A stretch of 64,000 nt of DNA from Sumerlaeia bacterium. Lineage in GTDB: Bacteria > Sumerlaeota > Sumerlaeia > SLMS01 > JAHLLQ01. The notes below the pieces were generated by a model that searched no databases, had not been told where the DNA came from, and saw only the letters and a list, made by a program, of their open reading frames with translations. The stretch lies in assembly GCA_040219255.1 (NCBI GenBank), contig JAVJSW010000068.1:256001-320000 (forward strand). The letters are read 5' to 3'. Shown piece by piece: positions 27,254 to 35,490 of this stretch (position 1 is its first letter; every line of letters begins with the position of its first letter). Position numbers and translations under genes: made by a program.

Positions 27254-27724
27254 TCAATCCTCGAGATAGTCTTCCCGCGAGAGCACTTCGAGAACATAGT
27301 ACACGCATTTGCGAAGTAAGAAAGGGCTTTGCGCTTCGAAGTCACCGGCGGTGATGAAGGCTCGGGCCCCGGCGCGGGTTCGGGCGGAGAAGTCTTCCCA
27401 ACTCTCGGCGCCTTCGTCCCACATCGGATCGGGGGTCCACCGGGGCATGGTCTTGCGTTTGGACTTGTCCAGCAGATAGGCGCTGGCGGTTTGGCCCGGG
27501 TGGGCGAATTCGACCAGCAGGCAGGGCTGGACGGCGAGGATGGCACAGCCGTCCCGCGCCAAAAAGTCCAGGCCGGCGAGCGCGTCGTCCCGGCGCCAGG
27601 CGCTCCGGCCATCGGGCAGGGGAAAGGCGCGAGCCTGGAACCGGGCGGCGCTGTCGGGCGCCGGCGGCAGCCGTTTCCCGCTCTCCCGCAGCAGATAAAG
27701 CATCATTCGAATCGCAGCGATCAT
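27254..27724 (-). CDS. Hypothetical protein resembling Imm40-type immunity proteins
   Basis: AW..DDAL..L...AIL and ESWEDFSART..ARAFI...YYVL pattern; AAAGGAAG upstream. Confidence 0.5.
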   Translation of the reverse strand: MIAAIRMMLYLLRESGKRLPPAPDSAARFQARAFPLPDGRSAWRRDDALAGLDFLARDGCAILAVQPCLLVEFAHPGQTASAYLLDKSKRKTMPRWTPDPMWDEGAESWEDFSARTRAGARAFITAGDFEAQSPFLLRKCVYYVLEVLSREDYLED

Positions 27725-27906
27725 GAACCCGGGGCTTCCTTTTGCGGCTCGTTTTTCCCATGGCGCACGCTTTGCGGCATGGGGGCGATGGAAAGAGTGA
27801 CGTGTCGTGATTCTTTGGAGCGGGAAAGTCTTGTGGGGCGGTGTCCAGCCCGGTTAGTGCTCGCTCGATTTCCATCATCCCCCCCGGAAGGAGGCGGCGC
27901 CACCCC

Positions 27907-28662
27907 ATGGAAGGCAACCCCGGCGGCATCAGCCGCGACGCCCACCTGTTTCATCTCAAGCAATGCCCCCTGTTTCAGCAACTGAGCCCCGACGAACTGA
28001 ACGCGGTTTTCAATGCGTCGCAGATGGTGACGCTCGATGCACGCCAGAATATCCCGCCGAGTTCGAAGGGCGAACCGAGTGTCTGGGTGGTCAAGCGGGG
28101 CCACGTCAGCCTCTGCTACGTCGGCCCCGACGGCCGCGACGGTGTGGTCGTGATTCTCGGTCCGGGCGACCTGTTTGGCGCGCGGATGTCCGCGCCCGGC
28201 GAAGAAGCGGCCGAGGAAGAAAGCTACGGCGAGGTGCCTGTCACCCTCACCAGCGCCTGCCTTTGCCGCCTCAGCGTGAAGAAGCTGGAGGCTTTGCTGC
28301 TCCGTTATCCGAACATATCGTACTCCCTGAATAAGGCGAATTTCCGCCGCATTCATAAACTGCATGTCCGCATGGCGGACCTGATGATGCGGCCGGTGGA
28401 TCAGCGGGTCGCCATCGCCCTGCTGGATTTGGCCCAGATCGCCAGCACGGCCGGCGCCGATGGGTCGCGGACGCTGGATTTCACCGTCTCCCAGCGCGAA
28501 CTGTCCACCCTGGTCGGGAGCAGCCGCGAAATGGTGACGCGCGTGATGCAGCAGTTCCGTAAGAGCGGCCTGGTGCATTTCGAGCGGCGCATCATCACGC
28601 TGTGCGATGTGGCGCGACTCGAGGCCCTCGGCGGGCGCGTCGGCGCTCCGGCGGCGTCCTGA
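27907..28662 (+). CDS. Crp/Fnr family transcriptional regulator
   Basis: PLFQQL, LGPGDLFG cNMP domain, SQRELSTLVGSSREMVTR HTH; GGAGG RBS. Confidence 0.92.
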   Translation: MEGNPGGISRDAHLFHLKQCPLFQQLSPDELNAVFNASQMVTLDARQNIPPSSKGEPSVWVVKRGHVSLCYVGPDGRDGVVVILGPGDLFGARMSAPGEEAAEEESYGEVPVTLTSACLCRLSVKKLEALLLRYPNISYSLNKANFRRIHKLHVRMADLMMRPVDQRVAIALLDLAQIASTAGADGSRTLDFTVSQRELSTLVGSSREMVTRVMQQFRKSGLVHFERRIITLCDVARLEALGGRVGAPAAS

Positions 28663-28779
28663 GAGCAATTCTATGCGGGATGATTTTTTTCCACAAGAAG
28701 TTGCTCTTGCCCGATGGGGCCGCCCCGCCCAGCATCGGCGAATCCTATCACGATGCTCACCGGTGCCGGGGATCCGCCC

Positions 28780-30366
28780 ATGTTTTTCTCCTTTTCACGA
28801 TCAGTCCGTCTCGCCTTGGCGCCGGCCCTCTTGACCGTCGCGGGGGCACTGGCCGCTCCTCCCGCACTCCAGGGCATCCCGCCCGCCACGGCCTTCACCG
28901 ATCAGGGCGGCACCCTTCTCGGCGGCGATCTCTACGAATTGCGCAGCGCCTCCTTCGCCGACATCGACAACGATGGCGATCTGGACATTCTGCTCCAGGG
29001 CTCGACGGATTCGCGGCGGCTCTATCGCAACCTCCTGATCGAGAACGGCAGCCTGGCCTTTGAGGACATCACCGCCACCCACGGTCCCGCCGCCAACGAC
29101 ACCTCGGGCTGGAGCGCGGCCTGGGGCGATTACAATGGCGATGGCCTGGTGGATGTGTTCCTGGGTCAGACCAACGGCGGCTCCTCGCGCGGCGATCTCT
29201 TTCGAAACGATGGTGCGGCGGGATTCACCGATGTATCGGCGACGACGATCAACGACCCGGGTTTCGCGCAGAACGTGGCATGGGCCGACATCGATAACGA
29301 TCGCGACCTGGACCTGCTGATCGCCATGGAAGGCCCCGAAAAGCACGAGGTCTATATCCAGGAGGTCGATGGCTCCTTTACCCAATCGGGCCTGGCCACG
29401 GGGTTTCAGGCGCCCTTTGGCACCAAGTGCTACGGCATGGCCATCGGCGACCCGGACGCCGATGGCGACATGGATGTGTACCTGTCCACATGCCGCGTGG
29501 GAGGCAACATCCGGAACAATTTCTTCGAGAACCGCACCGTCGAGGACGGCGCCCTGGCGTTCGTGGATATCGCCGACACAAACGGCACGCAGTACCTGCC
29601 CAACAGCTACGCTACCCAGTTCCTGGACTTTGACGACGACGGCGACCTGGACCTGTTCATGTCCGGCGCGGATCAGGAAGACAACAAGATCTGGCGCAAC
29701 GACGGCGGCGGCGCCTGGACCGATGTGGACACGATCACGGGGACGCCTCTGACGCCGAACAACGGCGGCGATTTCAACGGCGCCCGCGCCATCGATTACG
29801 ACAACGACGGCGACTTGGACCTGTTTTTCCACGACCACAAGCCCTTCAACGGGGTAACCAACGCTCGCTCGCTCTTTCGCAACGAGGGCGATTGGGCATT
29901 TGTTGAGGTCACCGCCGACGCCGGCATCGCGGCCCTAAACGAGGGCGCCTACGACAGCGCCTGGGGCGATGTGGATAACGATGGCGATCTGGATTTGCTG
30001 GCGCCGACGGACGGCAGTTTCCCCACCCGCCTGTTCCTGAGCGATGCGTCGGAGAACGGCAACCACTGGGTCCAGGTGCGGCTGCGCGGCATCGCGCCCA
30101 ACACGCGGGCCATCGGCGCGGCGCTCTATGTGACGGTCAACGCGGGCACGCCCCAGGAACGCACCTATCGCCGCGACGCGAACACGAATGCGGGGGCCTT
30201 CAACCAGAGCGACACGCCGGTGCATTTCGGCCTGGGCGCGGCCTCGGTCATCGACCGCCTGCGCATCGTCTGGCCTGGCGGGCGCGAGCAGGTGATCGAT
30301 AACCCGGCCGTGGACATGCTGCACGTGATTGATTTTCCGCAGTTTGCGGGGGTGATGGTCAGGTGA
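28780..30366 (+). CDS. CRTAC1-family secreted protein (FG-GAP/VCBS repeats plus ASPIC/UnbV)
   Basis: About seven DxDNDGDLD repeats, NHWVQVRL, N..AIGA, HFGLG, IVWP; signal peptide. Confidence 0.9.
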   Translation: MFFSFSRSVRLALAPALLTVAGALAAPPALQGIPPATAFTDQGGTLLGGDLYELRSASFADIDNDGDLDILLQGSTDSRRLYRNLLIENGSLAFEDITATHGPAANDTSGWSAAWGDYNGDGLVDVFLGQTNGGSSRGDLFRNDGAAGFTDVSATTINDPGFAQNVAWADIDNDRDLDLLIAMEGPEKHEVYIQEVDGSFTQSGLATGFQAPFGTKCYGMAIGDPDADGDMDVYLSTCRVGGNIRNNFFENRTVEDGALAFVDIADTNGTQYLPNSYATQFLDFDDDGDLDLFMSGADQEDNKIWRNDGGGAWTDVDTITGTPLTPNNGGDFNGARAIDYDNDGDLDLFFHDHKPFNGVTNARSLFRNEGDWAFVEVTADAGIAALNEGAYDSAWGDVDNDGDLDLLAPTDGSFPTRLFLSDASENGNHWVQVRLRGIAPNTRAIGAALYVTVNAGTPQERTYRRDANTNAGAFNQSDTPVHFGLGAASVIDRLRIVWPGGREQVIDNPAVDMLHVIDFPQFAGVMVR

Positions 30367-30373
30367 TTGAATA

Positions 30374-30516
30374 GGAGCGCGGGCTTCCAGCCCGTGACCG
30401 GCGCGCCTTCTCCCACGTCATAAGCCGTGCTCCTAGGGCAACTTTCAGCAGACGAAGCCCATCGGCTGCGGTAGGAGTCGGGGCGTGGCTGGTCACGGGC
30501 GGGACGCCCGTGCTAC
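30374..30516. repeat. Inverted REP doublet
   Basis: GGAGCGCGGGCTTCCAGCCCGTG (30374-30396) and CACGGGCGGGACGCCCGTGCTAC (30494-30516). Confidence 0.65.
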
Positions 30517-30554
30517 ACAGGTCAGTTCAATTCCCAGAGCGCTCCCCCCCCCCC

Positions 30555-31439
30555 ATGATCCTCGTCGCCGGCATCGTCAACGTCGAAACCACCTTGCGGG
30601 TCGAAGGCTTTCCCGTCGATTACGCCAAATCCCGCTTCGCCTTCCACGGCGTCAGCGACCGCCTCGGCGGCGTCGGCTACAACGTGGCGGCGGGGTTGGC
30701 GGCATTGGGGGCCGGGGTGCGGCTCGTGGCGACGGTCGGCGGGGATCTGGCGGGGGCGACGATCCGGGGCGAGCTGGCGAAGCTGCCGGGCCTCGACACC
30801 TCGGCACTGGCCGAGGTCCCGGGCGGATCACTGCGCAGCGTGGTGCTGGTCGATCCAGAGGGCGCCGGGGCGATTTTCACGGACCTGAAGGACGCGCAGG
30901 ACCTGGCTTTTCCAGAGGACCGGTTCGAGGCCGCCCTCGACGGCGCGACGCATCTGCACGCGACCAACATCAACTGGGCCCACGCCTGCGCCGCCCGCGC
31001 CCGCGAACGCGGCCTGCCGGTCTCGACCGATGTTCAAGCCATCGGCGACCTCCTCGGCGACGCCTACAACCGGCGCTTTCTCGAACTGGCGGACATCGTG
31101 TTTTTCAGCGGCGAGAACCTCGGCGCCCCGCCCGGGGACGCCCTCGCGGCGGTGCTGGCGAACTACCCGGCGCGGCTCGTCATCTGCACCGCAGGCGCCC
31201 GCGGCGTCTGGGCGGCGGAGCGCGGCGCGCCCGCCATCGTCCACCAACCCGCCCCCGAAATCGACAAAACCCCCAACGCCACCGGCGCGGGCGACGCCTT
31301 CGCCGCAGGTTTCCTGCGGGCCTACCGCGCGGGCGGAATGGGCCTCGCGGAGTCCCTCGCCATCGGCCAACGCGTCGCGGCCCTGCGGATCACGACGCAC
31401 GGCGGGCGGTGGCCGGGGTGGGGGGAATTAAAGGGGTAA
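30555..31439 (+). CDS. PfkB family carbohydrate kinase
   Basis: GGVGYNVA...LG, VGGD..G, ATGAGDAF motifs. Confidence 0.9.
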   Translation: MILVAGIVNVETTLRVEGFPVDYAKSRFAFHGVSDRLGGVGYNVAAGLAALGAGVRLVATVGGDLAGATIRGELAKLPGLDTSALAEVPGGSLRSVVLVDPEGAGAIFTDLKDAQDLAFPEDRFEAALDGATHLHATNINWAHACAARARERGLPVSTDVQAIGDLLGDAYNRRFLELADIVFFSGENLGAPPGDALAAVLANYPARLVICTAGARGVWAAERGAPAIVHQPAPEIDKTPNATGAGDAFAAGFLRAYRAGGMGLAESLAIGQRVAALRITTHGGRWPGWGELKG

Positions 31440-31580
31440 CACGGGTGTCTCACCCGTGGACCGGCCAGCCTTCTGCGACGCCGATTGGCCGTTGAGAAAG
31501 AGTGGCTTTCAGAGGCCGATGACATCCGGCCACTTCGGATCCAGAATCCCCGCCGGACACGGCCGAGACGGCCGTGCGAC
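31436..31580. repeat. Inverted REP doublet
   Basis: GTAACACGGGTGTCTCACCCGTG (31436-31458) and CACGGCCGAGACGGCCGTGCGAC (31558-31580). Confidence 0.65.
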
Positions 31581-31606
31581 ACAGATTCGGTCCCCCCTCC
31601 CCCGTT

Positions 31607-31685
31607 GTCTGATAAGTGTATCTTGTCTTTCTTGTGCCGTAAGCTCCACATGAGGGGACAAACGGCCAGGCCTGTGAGAGGCTCC
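31607..31685 (+). repeat. Dispersed element family A, copy 3
   Basis: Closely matches 2562-2640. Confidence 0.8.
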
Positions 31686-31765
31686 TTCCAACGTTCCGCC
31701 ACGCGGCGGCCCAAGGAGCTTCACACCATGACTTCCCACATCCCCTTCGCTGTTCCGAGCGAATC

Positions 31766-33187
31766 CTATTCGTCCGCCCCGTCCATTTCGTCCAGCTCTT
31801 CCTCCCGGCGTTCCTCGCGGGGGGATTTCTCCGGCGCTGTGTCCACCGCGAAGGCGCTCTCGCCTTCGAAGACCGGGTTGCGTTCGCCGTTGCCGTCGTC
31901 GCACCACGAGCCGGCGCGGGGCGGGGGGTCCATCAGGTCTTCGATGCGCCAGAGTTCCTGGCCCACACACCCGATCAGGGCGCCGTCTTCGCCCAGAACC
32001 CAGCGGCCGCCGGGTTTGCGTTCGTCCGTGTGGTGCAGGCGGCGGGTCAGGTCGGGGTCGATGGTGGTCAACTGGCCTTCGCGCCAGAACGCCACCCGGC
32101 CCGCGCGGTCGGCGACGGCGCCGCTGGTTTGCGTGCCCCGGATGTAGGGGCCGCGCTCGATGGTTTTGCCCGGCCGCAGGATCACCAGCCGCTTGCCCGG
32201 CACCCGGGGCGCGAGCTGGCGGGCCCACTTGCGCGCGTCCGGCAGGGCGTCCAGGGCTTCCCAGGCGTCCTGCTCCGGGTCTTTTTCGTTCGTGATTTCC
32301 ACGCATCGCAGGGCGCCATCGGACCCCGCGACGCAATAGCCGTGTGTCTTCCAGTGCTCGGCGTACTGACCCTCTTCATCGAACAGGATGGTATCGAAAT
32401 GACCCCCACCCATGCTTCCAATCGCGAACCGATCGGGCCCGGCGGCGGCCTTGGCGGAATTGCGCAGCACCGGCGACGCCCAACGAATGCGCCCCGTCCC
32501 GGTGTCGAGGCCGTAGGACAGGCCCTGGCCGTCGCTGTCGGTGAAGCTGACCAGCAGCGTGCCGCCCGCCACGATCAGCGGGTTGCGCCCCGGCAGCCAA
32601 CTGACGCGCGGGCGCCAGCCGTCGGGGATTTGCAGCTCCGGGCCCTTCTGAAAAAAGCTGGGCTTGCGCGTGAAATACAACGTCGTCGCCCAGGCCGGTT
32701 TGCCATCGGCGTCAAAGGGCACATAAAGAACGCGGGGATCGCTCTTGCCCGGTTTGATGCCGGTGGCGCCTTCCGTTTTCATGGGAATCGTGGCGATCCA
32801 GAGGCCTTCCCCGCCGATCAGGAATTCGACGATTTGTTCGCCCTGTTTCAGACGCGGTTCGATCAGGCGGCCTTCCTCGCCGGGGGGCATCATTTCTTCG
32901 ATTTCCGTGCCGCGATTGACCCAGATGGCGCCGTCGGGCCCGATCCGCAGCGACGGCACGAGCCCCGCGGCGGTGCGTTCTTCGGATTGGAGCACCGGGT
33001 GCTCGAAGAGCCGGCGGCCCCGTTTGTCGGTGACGAAGCAGACGTAGCCCGGTTCGGACTCGCCGAGGCCGCCCTGCGTTTCCAGCAGCACGGCGATGCG
33101 TTCGCCGGCGGTGCCCTGGCCGGAAATCGAGCGGGACATGGCGAAGTGGAGGGGCTGGCCCGGGAGGGGAGCGGTTTCGATATCCAT
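31766..33187 (-). CDS. Hypothetical protein, probable beta-propeller
   Basis: Coding-like ORF from MDIETAP; YGLDTGTGRIRW PQQ-like blade motif. Confidence 0.65.
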   Translation of the reverse strand: MDIETAPLPGQPLHFAMSRSISGQGTAGERIAVLLETQGGLGESEPGYVCFVTDKRGRRLFEHPVLQSEERTAAGLVPSLRIGPDGAIWVNRGTEIEEMMPPGEEGRLIEPRLKQGEQIVEFLIGGEGLWIATIPMKTEGATGIKPGKSDPRVLYVPFDADGKPAWATTLYFTRKPSFFQKGPELQIPDGWRPRVSWLPGRNPLIVAGGTLLVSFTDSDGQGLSYGLDTGTGRIRWASPVLRNSAKAAAGPDRFAIGSMGGGHFDTILFDEEGQYAEHWKTHGYCVAGSDGALRCVEITNEKDPEQDAWEALDALPDARKWARQLAPRVPGKRLVILRPGKTIERGPYIRGTQTSGAVADRAGRVAFWREGQLTTIDPDLTRRLHHTDERKPGGRWVLGEDGALIGCVGQELWRIEDLMDPPPRAGSWCDDGNGERNPVFEGESAFAVDTAPEKSPREERREEELDEMDGADE

Positions 33188-33573
33188 GGCGGCGCGGCGG
33201 GGCCTTTCGGGAAAGGATGGAAGATTTGGAGCGCACAGGCGAAAAGCGGGCCTTGCACACCCCCATCTCGACACAGAACCCATAATGGGCAATGGGGAAC
33301 GCGGCGAAACGAAAATCTCACGCACGGTGGTCTTGCGCCCCATTTCACCCCAGAGAATCACAGAGGACGGAATCTTCACAGAGAGTTTGCGGAAGCACGG
33401 CCGGGCACCACCGAAGGTTCTTTGGAAGACCAATGGATTCAATCTTCTTTCGGCATTCTTGATGGCTCGATGTCGATTTTTCCGATGAATGGAAGGGCCA
33501 TGCTCCCACGAAGTTTGCGTCACCCGGTGCACCAAGACGCCCGGACCCCCGAAGCCGAGGAGGCTGACCGCGC

Positions 33574-35445
33574 ATGAAATCCCGAAATGTACTCGTTGCT
33601 GCCTGTGCCGCTGTGCTGGCGATTTTTGTGATCTTGCTGATCTTCGCGCCGGAACGCGCCCGGGAAACGCAGGAGTACGAGCCCATCGCCGTTGCCAAAG
33701 CGGCGCAGGAAGCAGCCACCGACACTCCCCGCACCGCACCCGTGGGAACGCCCGCCGCCACGCCCGAGGCCGCGGAGCAGACCGCTGCGGCCAGCGCGGC
33801 CCCCTTCCGTCTCGCCGCCGAACTGTTGGCACCGGTCGGTGACGCAGACGGCGGCGTCACCGCCCTTGTCGGCATCACCGCCATCGCCCCGGAAGACCTC
33901 GCCGAGATGGAGGCCCAGCAGGCCGCCGGCGGCGAAGGCGCCGGGGCGCGCGGTTACTTCGAACTGGCCAACGTGCGCGAATGGATCCCGGCCCGCGTGA
34001 TCGCTTTGCCGGATGGCGAAGCGGGGGTGCGAACACTGCTCAGCCCCGATCTGCCGGACGCCCCGTTCTATCGCGTGGCGGCCTACACAGACCGCGGAAC
34101 GCTGTGGCTGGCGGATGTGTTCCCGGCCGAAACGGAGCCGCGCGAGGTCGAGAGCCAGGAATACCGGATGGTGCCCCAACCCATCGAGCCCATCGCGCCC
34201 ACCGGTCTGCGGCTGCGGCTGGTGAACGACACGCTGGGCCAGGGCGAGTACCTGCTGCGGCTCTCGCGGCGCCCGGCGGAGGACGCCCTCTGGGCCGAGG
34301 ACGCGTCGCGTATCGGCGGGCTGCTGGGCCGCATGGCCCCCGCCATCGCGGCGGCCTATCGCGAGGAAGCGCCGCTGGCCGTTACCGTGGACGAGGCCGC
34401 CCGGCTGGCGCCGCTCTACCCCGACCCGGCGGTGCGGCTGACGCTGCTGACGGTGAGCGGCGTCGAGGCGGAGCCGATGGTGGTCGAGCTGGCACCCGGG
34501 CAAATCGTGGAGGCGGAGCTGGACATCGGCGCACTCTTTGGCGACGACGCGGCGGCCGGGCTGGTGGATTTGCGGGGGCGCCTCGTGCGCGAGGGCAGCG
34601 GCGAGCCCATCGCCGGGGCCCTGGTGGAACGCCCCGGTGCGCCGGGCCAGAACCAGCGCATCACGGACGAGGACGGCCGATTCGTCTTCGAAGGCCTGCC
34701 CCGCGCCCGCGAGACTAAGCTGCGAGTCCTGGCCGCCGGGCCGGGCTCGGAATTTCCCGCCACGGCGGAGGAGGAAATGGGCCTGGGCCCGCGCCGCGCC
34801 ATGCCGCGCGTCCACTGGCTGACGTTCGACCCCGTGGCGGACGCGTTGGAGGAAAGCGCTACCGAGGCGGAAGTGACCTTCGAAGTGCCCCAGTTCCGGT
34901 GGCTGCTGGCGGAAATCGACGAACGCGAGCGCGAACGGCTCGCCATCGGCGCCAAGGTGCCCTACCCGATCTATGTCCTCGAACGATACGACGAGGGCGC
35001 CGACGCCTGGCGCGAGACGGGGGCCGAGGAGTTCCTGCGCGAGGCCGACGGCATCGCCGTTTCCATCGAAGACCCGGGCATCTACCGCGTCGTGGCGGCG
35101 CGCTCGGCGGTGGACATGGCGTACAGCGAACCGGCCCTGGTCGAGAACGGCGAAGCGCGCACGCCGCTCGATTGGGAATTCGGGCGCGAAACGCAGATCT
35201 ATGTGGAGGACGCGCAGACCGGCCGGCCCGTCGGCGGGGCCTACGTGGCGATCAGCGGCCCCTACGGCTCGCTGCCGCCGCTCGAAGGCGAAACGGCCAA
35301 GGACGGCTACTTCGAAACGGGTTCCGTCAGCGTCGGCCAGATCGAAGTCTTCGCCGGCTACGGCGACAAGGAAGGCACCACCCTGGTGGACTTGGACGAG
35401 GAGTTTCCCTCGACGATCACGGTGCGGATCGGGCCGGGGGAGTAG
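33574..35445 (+). CDS. Membrane-anchored carboxypeptidase regulatory-like domain protein
   Basis: N-terminal TM; GRLV...GEPIAGALV...TDEDGRFVFEGLP and DAQTGRPVGGAYV repeats. Confidence 0.75.
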   Translation: MKSRNVLVAACAAVLAIFVILLIFAPERARETQEYEPIAVAKAAQEAATDTPRTAPVGTPAATPEAAEQTAAASAAPFRLAAELLAPVGDADGGVTALVGITAIAPEDLAEMEAQQAAGGEGAGARGYFELANVREWIPARVIALPDGEAGVRTLLSPDLPDAPFYRVAAYTDRGTLWLADVFPAETEPREVESQEYRMVPQPIEPIAPTGLRLRLVNDTLGQGEYLLRLSRRPAEDALWAEDASRIGGLLGRMAPAIAAAYREEAPLAVTVDEAARLAPLYPDPAVRLTLLTVSGVEAEPMVVELAPGQIVEAELDIGALFGDDAAAGLVDLRGRLVREGSGEPIAGALVERPGAPGQNQRITDEDGRFVFEGLPRARETKLRVLAAGPGSEFPATAEEEMGLGPRRAMPRVHWLTFDPVADALEESATEAEVTFEVPQFRWLLAEIDERERERLAIGAKVPYPIYVLERYDEGADAWRETGAEEFLREADGIAVSIEDPGIYRVVAARSAVDMAYSEPALVENGEARTPLDWEFGRETQIYVEDAQTGRPVGGAYVAISGPYGSLPPLEGETAKDGYFETGSVSVGQIEVFAGYGDKEGTTLVDLDEEFPSTITVRIGPGE

Positions 35446-35490
35446 GTTGGGGCCTGTCACAACGGGCGGCGGAACGCCAAGCTGGGGGGT

